64,000 nucleotides of DNA from Antedon mediterranea (GCF_964355755.1 NC_092676.1:20912871-20976870), one strand, 5' to 3'. Positions 27,647 through 42,460 are shown, numbered from the stretch's first letter. Made by a program: numbers and translations. The notes: generated by a model from the letters alone, not told the origin.

Positions 27647-27991
27647 AGCTCACGTTCATAGTGATCTACTAGGACGTAACGCAAGAACGTAACGCAACGC
27701 AAAATGATTTGAAGCTTGGTTCCCACTAGAACGTAACGCAAGGACGTAAACGCAACGAAAGCGTTTTAACCAATGACAAGCGAAGTTATAGACAGTTAGC
27801 AATCACAAGCGAATAAGCCATCGCTTGTGATTGGTCAACTCACTTGTGTTGCGTTACGTCCTTGCGTTCCGTCGCTAGTGGGAACCACGCTTTACCAAGC
27901 ACAAGCGATCGATTATTCGAACCGTGATTGGTCAACTCTCTTGCGTTGCGTCTACGTCCTTGCGTTGCATCGCTAGTGAGAAAATATAGCT
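27647..27991. mobile_element. Nested palindromic Harbinger/Tourist-like MITEs (inner copy 27713-27891)
   Basis: Inner TIR AGCTTGGTTCCCACTAG...CTAGTGGGAACCACGCT is flanked by TGA/TTA and splits the GATTTGACCAA motif of an older related copy. Confidence 0.8.
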
Positions 27992-30956
27992 TAAGGGCGC
28001 GTTTACTTTGCGTTCTTTTAATATCGTATTGTCAATGACATTTATAATATTGCATACTGTATTAAACTCAACGGAAGTAATAACTTAAATAAATAATTCT
28101 GATTATATTTTGCCGAATCCATTAATTGCCTTAGAGCGCGGGACTGTCCCTTTTTGGAATGAGTCAGCCCAGAATTATGCGGAATATATTATCGAGCATA
28201 GAAAGTGTTAGGATTTGTTGCCAAGGCTTTCTATGAAACACTATAAAAACCTATTTAATATTAACAATAGAAGGCAGTGCGGCTACTGCTGGTGGTGCAT
28301 TGACACACTTTAATAAAAGCAGTGTCACAGTTGCGAATACAGTTTTTTTGTTCATTCAAACAATTATATATTCTTTTATTATTATGATTTAATGTCAAGG
28401 TCGAATCTAGGTAAGCAAAATGTTATCGGAAGACAACCGCATAGTTCACTGAGGCGAAATTTGTGGTTGTGGTTGATACGTGCACAATGCACGGGGGGCG
28501 TCGGATATTATGTAATGTAACAGTTTAATGGAAAGTTTTAATGGAATTGTTCCGACCATTTGTCTATAGTTCGGGGGTCATTTACGTCATATCATGTATC
28601 ATGTCGAATAACTTTATTTTCTATATGGCACCCGGTATGGCATCAACACTCATCATTATCATTATCATTCCACCGGTGTCAGCACAACCAAAAACTTTCA
28701 GTAGGCCTAGGCCTATTACATTCATAATGCCAGTGAAATCGTTGGGCACCAATTTATTCACGCAGATTGTTTGGGTTTGAACCATACCAATACTTAATGC
28801 TCAACCAAAACTCCTTGGTGGAGATGTAGACATACCATGTTTTATAGTCATTTTTCTATATTTATTATCAATATAATTTTTATATAATTTGTCAATAAAA
28901 GCGGATACGACAGAGGTACAGATAAAATCCACACGTATGTTACAATTGAGAGAGACAGAACCGCAACGTATGGGTGGGTTGGTTGTTATAGCAGACCTCT
29001 AAAAAGGAAGTCATTTTGTTCTCTTAACTATAGTGGGAACCCGAATTAAGATGAGATAGAAACTTATTTGTGAAATGCGCGTGTGATTACATATTATATT
29101 ATCAATGTCAATATTATCATCGGCGTAATATTTTGTTGTTTTACAGTATTTCTTCTGACGTAAGGGCTGGCCATGGCAATCTAACAATAGGATGCCGGGC
29201 TCCGGAGATCAAAGTGTTTATCTGTGGCTGCGACAAGATCCCTTAAGACACCGCGCGCCGCGGATACTATGTACAGTATTGCTTGTACAGTACTGTATTT
29301 GTCGCAGCCAGACAAAGATCAAAGTACTGTTGATAGATTGCCTTGGCCTGACAAAGCTTCGAAGCCAATGGTTCAATGGATGCGGATTTGAAAAACTTTT
29401 CTGTGTTAAAATTCTCTATTCCTTAGCATTTCTTTTTTCAAAACTACTGTAATATTATTCCTGAAGACATAAGGTGATTTTTTTCGCGCGCAAATCGACT
29501 AATCCGCACGTATGTGTAGACCTAAATTTCCATCGCTTTTTTGAATGCGCAACCAATCAGAACTCTGTAATAGTTGATTCGCGTGCATATATATATTATT
29601 ATATTATATCTAGCCGAGAACTGGCTTTACATTTTTTGTGAGTGCATGTTAGTCTAGTGAATGTATCCTTTGTTATGAGTCAATAGATATACATATTATA
29701 TAGGTAACTTTATTTCCAAAAAATGTAACAAAACCACGCACTGTGGATTTACAAAGTTCTTACATGCATGCATGCTTTATACAACAACAAAAAATATAAA
29801 ATAACGTAAAAATAATGATTCAAAATAACAAAAGCCACTAATTTCAGTTGCTGGCAATCTCACGCAAATGAATTAAGTCGTTTAAATTACTTAACTTAAA
29901 ATTTCTGATAAATAAATCATTTCTAAGTGTACTTAATATTATAACAAAACGCATACCGTTCTGCTTTGTGGATGGTAATCTTGTAGAATTGGAACAGAAT
30001 AGAATAAGAACCACTCTGTATTGAAATTAGACCAACAACAAACAAGAACTTCTAAAATCGTGCACATATTCCCTTTTATGGTGAACATGCTTATTAGACC
30101 CTATCATTACCCTAGTTGCCTTTTATTAACCGAATCACAAAAATACTGTACCGACACAGATAACCTAATTTAATGGCTTAAGGAGATATCTGGGTAAATA
30201 ATAGACGAAATACAACTATTATGTATCAATAAATCGCAAATAATTATCATAAGAATTGAAGTAATATAACTGGACCAAAGTACGATCTAATTTAACAAAA
30301 GACAGTTGTCTTGTTAATCACGTGACACAATTCAGGAAACTGTTTATTATAGGAAGTTTGTTTCACCGGTGTTTGTTTGTTATGAATACAATACCCGTAT
30401 ACAAAACATGGTTGTTACCGTGTTTTATGAATGATTATCTTAAGATAATGTTAGGTTTGACTTGAAATAAATCAGACAATTATCATGAAATAATATACAA
30501 ATTATAAAGGTTTATGAATGGAATGGTATAAAAATAATGGCATGATTTTAAATTGTAAAATGTTACAGTTTCAGCCTTCTGGCTATTTGTGGCATTGTTG
30601 GTCTTTTTTGGACAATACAAATTCTGAAATTAGGTGACTGATGAAATGTTATGAAGCGATCGTTAACTAGTGCGTACTATTGCACGCCATGTGACCCACA
30701 ATCGTCCAATCAATGACAGGAATTTATTCAAGTGTTATATAACATCAGTTTATTAACAGGGTAATTAGACCTATAGTTGCACAGACATGGCTTGCATTGA
30801 TGATGAAACGACATTTGTTGGTGATATCTGATTCAGGAATGCATCGTCAATATATTGATTGGACCATGGAGTTTTTATAGCTTCATGGTTGAACATGAAT
30901 GATCTCACTGGTGGTGATAAACTGGGATTAAAGAAAAAAAATAGTTAGCGAGACTT

Positions 30957-31048
30957 TGATGTGCCCATATATGGTAGTGATATAACATAATCATGTCCAT
31001 ATATGGGCACATCACATTTTTTTGTCACAAAGTTTGACAGAGCTTTAG
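30957..31048. mobile_element. Partial copy of the 12590-12819 MITE
   Basis: Shares TGATGTGCCCATATATGG...CACATCACATTTTTTTGTCA...GACAGAGCTTTA. Confidence 0.7.
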
Positions 31049-32200
31049 ACTATAGACTATCTTGGGAGTATAGTTAAATTCTAACATTTATATTAGTTTA
31101 AATCATGGTACTGCTAAATCTTGTAGTTATAGTAATCTTATTAACTTTAGCAGTCCCTGACCACTTCATCTCTGTATATTTTATATTATGGTTTTTTAGT
31201 CAAATAAATAAATGAAATGAAATAAAAAAATTAGAACAGAGACAGTATTTTACTATCTTCGGAAAATTATCTCACGGGAATATGTAAAAACCCAGATTTT
31301 TAAAAATATATTAACAAGTACAATACTTTCATCACGAATTAGTTGTCTATGTTTATTAACCTTGGTTAAGTTTATCGCGTGTTTGTTTGTTGTTTGTTTT
31401 ACACTTTCGATTATGCTTTTAATCACCTCACGCAAGTTTTAACACGAATCTCGCATTTTAAAATTATAACAATTCGATTATTCACGTTTTACCCACGTTT
31501 AAAGGCCAACTACGAAACAGTTTTATAGATTTCTGTTTTCAAAAGTAGAGTAGTTAACTTTCAGTTTAGATAAATTACATGTTTTATAAACTTATAAACA
31601 AATTGAGGCGATCAAAAAGTGTGTGTGCGTGTACGAAATGAACAAATACAAAAGTATAGTTCCCACAAAATTGAGGCGATAAAAAACAATGACGATAAAG
31701 AAACCTTTGTATTTTGAGTGGCCAGTTTGTGTGCGTGTACGAAATTAACAAATACAAAAGTATAGTTTCCAAAATAATACACATTTTATACCGTATTTTG
31801 AGCAGTTGCAGCAGAAACAGGCCCAGTGAGATAATGAACTTTTCATTTTTGTTAACCGCATCTTAAGAAATAAAATTATTGTCTTTATTAAAACAAGAAG
31901 ATTAATTTCCGAAATAGAAGCAATTTTGAAATCCATATAGTTTTCGTTGATAGGCTTTATGAAATTAATACCTATTTGCCCACAATTTATTTTCTATTTA
32001 ACACCAAAGGTCGTTATCCTTTCAGATACTGTACTAGACAAAATGTAAATATCAATATTGATTTAACGTGATCAAATAAAAAAAGTATTATAGGTCTAAA
32101 CGTTAATTTAATCAATATTATTAAGTAATTTGTAATGTAATCTTTAATGGTCTACTGTAAAATGTACTTATATTATACTCAACAAGAAGAGGGCTATATA

Positions 32201-32354
32201 AATCCAAAGGCAAATTACTGAAAAAATGACAATGCTGTGGGTATCAGTTGCTGGATCTCAATGGAGATACCAAAATAAAAGAATGGAGATACCAAAATAA
32301 AAGCGAAAAGCTAAATCAAAACGATAAAAAACAGCCAGAAAAGTTAACAGAGCT
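32201..32354 (-). mobile_element. Fragment of a Penelope-like terminal-repeat family (other pieces at 42443-42498 minus, 45236-45375 plus)
   Basis: Shares AAAACAGCCAGAAAAGTTAACAGAG with 42443, and CCAAAGGCAAATTACTG...TCTCAATGGAGATAC in inverted orientation with 45315-45372. Confidence 0.55.
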
Positions 32355-32471
32355 ATATAATAAACAAATCAGGCAAAGTACATTAATTCTAAACCGCCCT
32401 GTGAAATACTGAAACTTAATTAATTAATTTGAAACGATAAAGATAGGAAATCTGTGAGAATGAGAAAAAGT

Positions 32472-32543
32472 CGCCCCAACCGAGACTCGAACTCGGACCG
32501 CCTGCTTGATATGCAGATGTCCTAACCATTAGACCACTGGGGC
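32472..32543 (-). tRNA. tRNA-like cloverleaf (Glu-like body, ATC anticodon); probably a pseudo-tRNA or tRNA-derived repeat
   Basis: 72 nt; acceptor GCCCCAG/TTGGGGC, D-arm GGTCTAATGGTTAGGAC, anticodon stem TCTGC/GCAGG, T-arm CCGAG-TTCGAGT-CTCGG; T5 run just downstream. Confidence 0.6.
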
Positions 32544-34102
32544 TTTCATGGTATTGTTCAAACTCAATTGGATAGCGACTCTTTAACATATATAAATACA
32601 GCATATATACAATCGATTTCAATATTGTAAACAGTTTTCGATATGGAATTGAAATTTAGCTAGCCCATACTACGTACAATGTATACATTTTTAGAGAAGG
32701 AAAGGTCTAATTAATATTAAATCGGCGGTCAAGGGTTATCTGTACACTGTCAACTTGAGGTAATTACAAGCAATTGGAAATGTACTTTGAATTTCCGGAA
32801 CTGACCCACCCCTCTTCTTTATCTTTAGACCTCGGACGTGGGATATACATAGTGGTCTAATCGTTTGGTTTTTCGCGCACGTGCATGGTTGTACCAATCG
32901 TCAAAATGGTTTCTGCAGATGCTTCACGTAGGCTTAAACAAGGTTATTCGTCTTTTGGATTTGAATTGTGAGATTTACCGGTGATTGCCTAATTCCCGGG
33001 AGAGATAGCCACGTCGGAAACAATCGGAAGGGTTTAACCGCACGGAAACAATCGGAAATACACCTTGCAGGAAACCGATCCTCTCTGCAGTGATACTATC
33101 TAAATCTTTATTGCTTAATTCTCATTCAAATCAGATTAGAATTCAACTTCAATCTACTTTCTTACTTTCTCTAAATGCAGCAGTTGATATTTGAAAAAAA
33201 ATCAGTTGACCAAAAAAATAAATCTTTCAATAAATTCGCTATTTATCCCAGCCAAATATTTCCATTTTAATATGTTACTTTATAAATAATATGCAGTTAT
33301 AGAATAAGTAGCACCGATAGATATAGGTTTAATATATTTCGTTTGTTTTACCAGCAGTGATCAATATTATAGGCCCGGAAAACTGCTTTGTTAAATTAAA
33401 CTTTCCTAATATGAAAGGGTTAACTTTTCAATATAATATATTATTAATAATACTATTACATTTTACTTTCTATGGACTAGAGATTCCGAAAAGATTGAAT
33501 GATTAAATATTGGAATAATCTTCCATCATACATTAAGGTATAAAAACACTAAATGAGTATAAACGTGCTATAAAGTTGGTAATGTGCATGTGAATTTTTA
33601 TTGTTGTATTTTGTGATTTTTTCTATGTGTTTGACCGGCCCTATTGGAAATTTGTTTTTAGGTTTATAGGTAATCCTTGGTATGTTGATTGTACCGAATA
33701 AAAGAAACAAACGAAACGATTAATGTAAACAATTTAAGTTGAAATTAAATTTAATGTATAAGTCATATTACGGTCAAAGCCTACGTGTGCAATTGTGGCG
33801 TGTGTTTGTACTGATTAGTTTCGACCAATCACGTCGACTCGTACATTTATTATATATTATTATATAAGTCAAGTTGTTTGGCACACCTCGCTAAATACCC
33901 TCTTAACACACCTTCACCGCACCCTGACTATCCATGTACAATCGGAAATTCCAAGGCCTATTAAAACTATCCAGGAATCTGACTCTCACTTTTTAAATTG
34001 TAAAAAAAATGTAGCTGTCTATTAAAATAGATACTGTTGATTTTGTAGAAGAGCTTAAACCATAAGATAAACATATGTTGCCAGTCATTCGTTTCACGAA
34101 AA

Positions 34103-34414
34103 AGTGTCCCCTACTGAATAGGGGTGTCCTCTGCTGAAAGAAATGTTCCCTGCTGAGTAGGGTTATCCCCTGCTGAAAGGAGTGTCCCTTGCTGAATGGA
34201 GATGTCTCCTGCTGAATAGGGGTGTCCTCTGCTGAAAGGAGTGTCCCCTGCTGAATAGGGTTATCTCCTGCTGAATGGAGATGTTCCCTGCTAAATGGAG
34301 ATGTCCTCTGCTGAAAGGAGTGTCCCCTGCTGAATAGGGTTATCCCCTGCTGAAAGGAGTGTCCCCTGCTGAATAGGGTTATCCCCTGCTGAAAGGAGTG
34401 TCCCCTGCTGAATA
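34103..34414. repeat. Minisatellite of alternating 19-20-bp units (AGGAGTGTCCCCTGCTGAA / TAGGGTTATCCCCTGCTGAA)
   Basis: Directly visible; explains the repetitive ORF 33993-34520. Confidence 0.92.
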
Positions 34415-37400
34415 ATAGTAAAACATTAATATATATTGAAGTAAAAAAATGTAAACACACTCCCCCTTTTCTGACAAAATAAGAGAATTGGAACACCTTC
34501 ATTGTATGAAAGACGGACATAAAGATAAACGATTTATTTTATCTTCTCCTGCATTTTCATAAGGTATTTACGATAGATTGTTGTGTTTACACGCTACTTA
34601 TGGGCATGAACTTACGGTTCTCTACTTGTAGTTTGTTTATATTTGATTATACTTGAAATAAAAAGTTAATGATTTGTCAGACAGTGGAGTGTGTCGGGTA
34701 ATGTAGATAGTCTTAATTATTATTAATTACTTTAATTGCTAAGAACATCAGGAAGACAAATTATAAAGTTCGATGAGAACGCGATGACACCGAGCACTTG
34801 TTATTTATTTACGGTAATAAAGGAAGAACATGAGATTGAAGATGTTGCCGAAATATTTTTTATATAATTATAATAATTACTGTTGTTATTACATTACGTC
34901 ATTACACCAACGAAATATTACCTAAATAAATTTAATAATCGATGTCGTTAATTGATTAATTAATTACCACATTGTTAACAAAAATATTTTCCAAACATTC
35001 CCAAGCAATTTTAATCTAATTGTACCATCTCTCATAAAGACTTGTTTCCGTATCCAAGTGCCGAGAGCTTCATCATCAAACGTATGTAAATATACGCAAC
35101 GACACTTGACTGTGTAACGTACTTGTAAATGACCATGTTAATTAACGTCTGATAAGATAATAGCCAGCTAACAAAGTCTTTAATACACAAATATTGTTCA
35201 TTAAGTTATTTGATAACTCATGTAGTAGGCCTGTATTCTTGCAAACCTAAGCGTTTGTTCCCACGTTATAAATAATACGGTGTTGAAATGGATTGTTTCT
35301 AATTTTAGACCCGGACGAAGACGGATTGTCACTGTTTCGTTAAAGATGTATTGTCTTCCAAAACACGAACATGATTTGGCCATTTTGTAGTTTTAATCAA
35401 GTTATTTTCTTTTGGTACAAACAACTCACAAAAATAATGCTTTTTGCATTAAATAAAGACAAAATAAACAGGTAAATTTAACAAAAAAAAACTCATGCTT
35501 CCGATTGACTATACATGTCTTTTTTTTATCATCACATTATTCGTAAAAGACCTAACATTTTAATTTTTTTTAGGGGGACAATATATTATTATACCTATAT
35601 TTAAGTTACTAATTATTTTGGTGGTATGTCCTTGAGAAATAAATTTGTTAAATCGAGATTAAAAGCGAGATTTCGTTGATCGAACACGCTAAACAATGCT
35701 TTCATTTATCTCTTTGGCGTGTAGGGCCTATCTTTGCCCATCAAAAACTTGAATTAAATAAATCTATACTCCTGTAGAGATTATAGTGAAAGCAAGGTAC
35801 AAATGCGGTTAAATGTTAGTAATGTTTATGCTTTTAATTTTAAATACTTATTTGATAATTCCCATTTTCATATCCACAAATCCTGAGATAATAATATCTT
35901 AAAACATAAAACACATTGCATGATATTATAGACTTGTCCAATTGTCTGACTGACGCAATTATTTTTACCGCAAATCTTTTAAAACTTATTTTCATTGGAA
36001 ATGTACCGAATCTAAGCTCGGAAATGTATTTATGTCAGAAGGATTTAACTAAAATCCACTTTAATTTCGGTATAATATTTTGTATTACTAAAATGTAATA
36101 TCACCTTGGTTCTACGAAATATGTACACCTTAGTATAATGGCATATTATAGCCTAATCCTACCGGTATTACTTTATACTACAAAATGCTTGGATTAACAA
36201 AGTGCAAGATTACAAATATTATACAAAATAGGCTTGCAATACAATGTTAAATGATATTGTAATTTGTTTTTTTGGAAATACACTAAATCTATACTAAGCC
36301 CGGAAATATATTTATGTCAAAGATAACAATAACTGTCCATCGGTTATGCTTTCAATGATAAATGTCAGTATAATTTGGATTTAGAAAAATGAAAGAAGTA
36401 TACAAAATATAATAATAAAATTATATAATATAAACTTGTACCTTGCGTACTAAGCCAGGAAATGTGTTTAAAGTCAAAAGATTAAAATGTTATCTGCCCG
36501 CACACCTAAAGTCAATTGTATTTAATAGGAATTGTTATTGGTGTACCGATTGTTATTAATGGTAAATTGTTTTTATTATCACAATATAGAGAAAGATATG
36601 ATGGGTTAAATATCCTCACTAAAAAGGTGATTTTTTCACAAAGTGGAAGTAAAACAGTTGATATAGAATATTCAAAGTTCAGTAATGTTAAATATTATGG
36701 TGACGATGATATTTAAGACTTGTAAGTGCGTATCAAAGTTAGGCTTAGCATATAGGAGCAGTAGTGGTTACGGTTTACGACCCGGCGCTTATATATATTT
36801 TCTTTTTTGGAGGAGGAAGGAGGGAGAGGGTGTGGTAGTGTTACCTCGTAACATCACTAGTAAACATTATTCTCAATAATACACTAACCCATCCTTTGGG
36901 GCATGACCATATGAAAAAGACAGTTCGTTGGATCCATTAAATCCATTGGAAGCCCGAAATCCATAGGACTCTTGCCCATCCATGACCCCTTCTCCGGCTT
37001 TTGGTTTTTAATCAATGCTTTTAAAAGCATGTGATGAGCGAGCAGCTGTCTCTGCCTGAATAGGGTCACGCGCTTCAGGCTCTTACACAGGAAATAGGAA
37101 AACGGATGGAATTCATTGTAAACTTCTGTAATAATAATAAATTAAAGGCATAACTTCCACTTGATAAAATTCTCACCCACTCAAATATCCCTGAACCCTA
37201 GATATCATTTTAATGTATTATGTACTAAGTAACGAATGGTACCGTAGTTGTTTTTATTTTGTTTTTTTTTGCTGCGTGATGTTTTAGTAATAGTAGGCCT
37301 AACCATGTACCCACATTTGATAATTTATAGGTTCATGTTTGAACTGATGTACAGCCTGTAATTTAAAGTAAATTACCCTAAAATGTTGGTATTTGATGTT

Positions 37401-37520
37401 TTTTGATTGTGAATAATCAATGTTATGTTATAACAGGGATGTTACTCGCATGTATTTTTCGAGTAAGTGTGAGTGCTGTACTATTGCGTGATTGTTTTAG
37501 AATTTTAACTTTTTATTTTA

Positions 37521-38075
37521 TTTATTGATATTTATGTATTAGTATTGATTTATTGGCATTGATTTATTAGTATTTATATATTAGTATTGATTTATTAGTA
37601 TTGATCTATTGGTATTTATTTGTTGGCATTTATTTATTAGTGCAATATTGATTGATATATTGGTATTGATTTATTGTTATTGATTTATTGACATTGACTT
37701 ATTGCTATTCATTTATTAATATTGATTGATATATTGGCATTGATATATTAGTATTGATTTATTAGTATTGATTGATGTATTGGTATTTATTGGTATTTAT
37801 TTATTGGTATTGATTTATTGGCATTAATGTATTGGCAATTATTTATTGGTATTGATTTATTGGTATTTATTTATTGATCTATTGGTATTGATTTATTGGC
37901 AATGATTTATTTGTACAGTATTAATTGATATATTGGTATTGATTTATTGGCATTGATTTATTGGTATTGATTAATTGGCATTGATTTATTGTACAATATT
38001 GATTTATTGTACAGTATTGGTTTATTGATATTGATTAGTTTAGTATGGATTAATTGGTATTGATTGATTAGTATT
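37521..38075. repeat. Degenerate tandem repeat, about 14-bp unit ATTGATTTATTGGT
   Basis: Directly visible. Confidence 0.88.
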
Positions 38076-41000
38076 ACATTTTCAGTATTTATTTTTAAAT
38101 ATTTATGTATTTGTATTGATTTAGTAGTGTTGACTGTAAGAATAAGAACACTGTCTAACAGTGAATATTGATTAGTAAGGTCAAATGTTATATCATTCAC
38201 TGTTACAGTTAAATCATTAATCTTAACAAACAATATTGATATAAGGCCTACGTGATGATGTTCACATCTATATGGCTTAAAATTACAATTAGCTAGCCGT
38301 CATATTTTGAACTACGACACCAGATTTCCATTGCCAAGGGACAGCTAGACACGATAGTTATGATATTGGCAAATTGCCACAGTTCGTGACTATGTTAGAA
38401 ACGTGTCTGTACTACAGAGTATTGAAAAGCTAAAGAATATATGAAAGTTACCCAGAATCGGACTTAATTCCAGATTTATCCATTATACGGTGTTTATCAC
38501 ATCTTTTGATATGCATATATTACCATAATAATAATAATACACGAGATCCATCATTTCGGGATAAACATTGAAATGTAATTAAGTTTCTCTTATCTCTTAT
38601 TTATAATTGATGAATTCAGCGTATTTTTCTCGTAAACGCCGCTTTGATTACAACAAACCCATCTAAACATGGAATTATTTAAAAGATTTATAACGCCTAT
38701 AAATAAAGTCATGTGATTTGTTATGAATCATTGTTATAAGATAAACGTTAATGGATATTAGTGACGTCATGGAAATGGATGGATGGATGGATGGATGAAA
38801 AATACAAATATTAAATTCAGAATACCCCCCCCCCCCCATCCCACAAAAAAAAAAAATAAAAATCCATTATTCTTTTTTTTTCACTATGCAGTTTTTAAGG
38901 TCAAGTTTGGGTAGATTCATTATTAGACAATTAATTATTCTTCCTTGTTTTATTATTATTTTTCTCTTGATGTATACTTTCACTCGATATACCGTACTTA
39001 GTAATTCATTATTGTTTCATCTTTTCTTAGAATATTTGGACAGAGATGATCCCATTCGGTAAGTAAATGTCATTTACAATGTTTTTCAAAATATCTTTCA
39101 ATGTCAGCCCTCAATCCTTCGACGAAATAAAAGATTCTCTTTAAAAAAAAGGCTTGTTTGTTGATAATGTAATACTGTAGTGTGTAATAGATATGATTAC
39201 AGTCGTCCGAGTTAGGAGATTGATTTCCTCAGTGGATTGGCCTAATTATGAAAATGATCCCAACCTCATACTGAATATTTTTAAATAGTAGCGTTGTCAG
39301 TGACATGTAGTGATTGTCGTATGTTATTGTCTTATATGATAGTAGGTACGTGCACTCCATTTGGGCGTTTTCTGTGTGGAAACTAGCGACCTACCACTAT
39401 GTATAGAGTGGTAGACTGGTAACATTAGTGACTGATAAATAATCTAATGGTTAACAAAAAGGCCTACATGCCATGGGACGTTTATTCAAAACCATAACAA
39501 TATATTGTCATATATATTGTTTTAATGTATGTCCAGCGCATTAAGAGCTTGATTATATCCGTTATAGGCCTGTAAGAATGATCTATTATTATTAATACTA
39601 ATAATAAACTGAGAAATAAAAACTGTACCGTACAAATTCAGTATACTTGGCCTATATTTTCGTTATGATATTTTTACTTAGTTAATTAATTATTGATTAT
39701 CATTTACTCACAATCCTACATGAGAATTACATACTTTAAATGTATAACTGAGTAGATTATACGTACTGTTTATGGACTACAATTTACGTCAAGACTCATA
39801 GGCCTACGAACGATTATAGTACATTCATACATACTTAAATGCTTATTTCATAATGTGTATTTATTTGGTACTAACTACTGATTGATTAATATTATTTTTA
39901 TGTAATTATTCATTACTATTAATAATGCACTTGTAAGTTTATATTGAGACCAGACATACGGGAATGCGGCAATATGTACTATATATACATAAGCACATCG
40001 TGTCCTTGTGTTACTATGTAGCGATTAAATAATATCATGAACAAGTACGACTTTATAGTTGGTACGTGACGATAGAGTCGATATGTAGGTCGCCATATTG
40101 AATTGGGTCAGACAATTATAGAAATGACGTCACGCATAAACTTGTGATCTGTTCATAAAACCCGAGCATTTGATCACTTTTTTTCGTTGACAATAATAAC
40201 ACAGGTATAAAGGTATAATTAGACCAGGATTTAAATGGATATATATATAGTGACAGTAATGCTATGGTAACATTTGTATCTAGATCACATGATATGATTC
40301 AATGATCGTTATTGATGGGTAAATCACCGTGTCAATTAGCAACGCCCATGTAGAAAGTGTGACTAGATATTATTGACAGGCCTATTTTGTGGTGTATTTG
40401 TTATTTTATTTTGAAAGTTGAGCTGTACGATCACAGATAGGAGGGTCACGCGAAACCCATTATTGGCACGCATAGGTGGACGGTCAACGGAGAATCTACA
40501 GTGGCATATACCTGCGATGAAAATGTTAGCGCAAATGTCTGAGATTGTTCGTACTTGTACTTATCGAGAACCATCACCTATTAATAATAATTGTCATTAA
40601 CTTCTTTATGGTTATAAACTGCCCTAATTGCTTGCCGACTCTTGAAGACCCTAGGTCTAAAATTCCAACGTATTAATGTGCTACTTCTATCAGTTATGTA
40701 ATCCTACCTATGCTATTGCGGATCGTTTATCCAAACTCCAAGATGGCAACCTAAATACAAAATGGCTACCAGACACTACATATGGCTATTGCTCTCATGT
40801 TTTCTGTAGTGTCATTACTTAATCATCGTAACAAAGAACCCCTATTACGGGTACACCTTCGTGACCCAACAAACTGTCCCCTTAATAGGGGTGTCTTTTT
40901 AATCACGGTTGGCCTGTAGTGTTAAAATATGCATTGCCATCATACTTTTCATAAGAAAGGGTCCCCTGAATAGGAGAGTGTCCCACACGAATAGTAATAT

Positions 41001-42460
41001 CTCAAAGGAGTAGTGTAATCCCAAAATAATGATGAACTTCGTATAGACCCCAGATTGTGTTCTATTTATAGCTCACGCCCACCCATACAAAATATACCGT
41101 CCAGGATCTAGGAATTCTACGACCTGGGTTGTACTATTATGTGACACGCCCACCAAAATAGATATCATTCAGGATCTTCAAATATTATTTTTGACTATGA
41201 CCTTGAATGTTTCAACCGTTTGTAACTTTACCCACCCAACCACATTGTATGCTCTATGTTGTGTAACTCCTATGATACGCCCCAAAAACCTGATTGGATT
41301 GAAATAAGACTTTTAGGGTTTAAAAAGGTTTCGTCCCGACTCAATTAACATAAACTTATGTTATTTTTTTATTTAAAAAGTAAAGACGTGCAGCTTAGTT
41401 GAATTTTGTTGGGTTATTTTGAAAAATATTCCTTTTTTGTCTTTGTACTATGATTATTTATGTATGTTTATGATTGTGTATGATATTTCCTCCATGGTAT
41501 GATGAATGGAAATAAGGAAAGAAAGAAAGAAAGCATGAAGGAGATTACAAACTGTGATTTTGTTGATGATGTTTCAACATTTAAAATTGGCGTTCACATT
41601 GGTGTTCTTCAATGACAATTATGTCGAGAAAACTATTAGTATTGGTTCTAACTCTTAATTATAAATTGTCATTTTAATTTAATGACGTCAACGTTTTTGC
41701 AGGAGAATCATTTTGATGCGACGCAGTTGAACTATATTCATTCTATAACTGATCCCAGGATTTCACCTTACGTCCTAATATTATATCGTAGCTTAAATCT
41801 TACGCCTATTAACATGCTCTTTCATCAGTTTAATGGCATTAAAAGTACTCATTTGCGTAGCTGGTAGGCCTAGAGTCCCGGTATCAAGACTGCGAGGTTG
41901 TGTGATCATGTGTCCTCTACTTTAAATTTAATGATATTAGTAAAAAATATTTTGGCACATATGGCGTTTCATAGGTATAATACACTGTAATTTTAAGAAG
42001 ACAAGCCTTCAACACAATTATAAAAATAGTTTTTCCTATCACTGTAAAAATCAATAAAAATCTAATTTAGATAATCAAAGCTTTTAACATCCAATAATAG
42101 TATACCATGCATTTGAATACTGAGAGCATGAAGCAACTATTTATTATGTAGACGTCATTTCCCATACAAGAATTAATACTACAATCTTTCTTGTAAAAAG
42201 TAGGGTTCAAAGAAATACCAGTTAAATAGCGTTTCCATTGAGGAAATGGTTGACATCTGTTTAAAACATTTATAAAAATAACATACAAATTGAAATTAAT
42301 AAAATTAAGATTGTACAGAAGAACGCAGACAATAGGCAACAGGTAGGCCTATAACTTTGTATCTGTACTGTATATGTACATTTGAATACGAAATAAAGAA
42401 TAAGTGAAAAAAATGTAAAACAGTAGAACCTCTTAAAAAGGAAAACAGCCAGAAAAGTTA

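Noticed and set aside
33993-34520. 175-aa ORF with LFSRGHSFQQGIT repeats
   Set aside because: Minisatellite translation (39-bp dimer unit); no coding context.
37958-38233. 91-aa Asn/Ile-rich ORF
   Set aside because: Overlaps the degenerate ATTGATTTATTGGT repeat.
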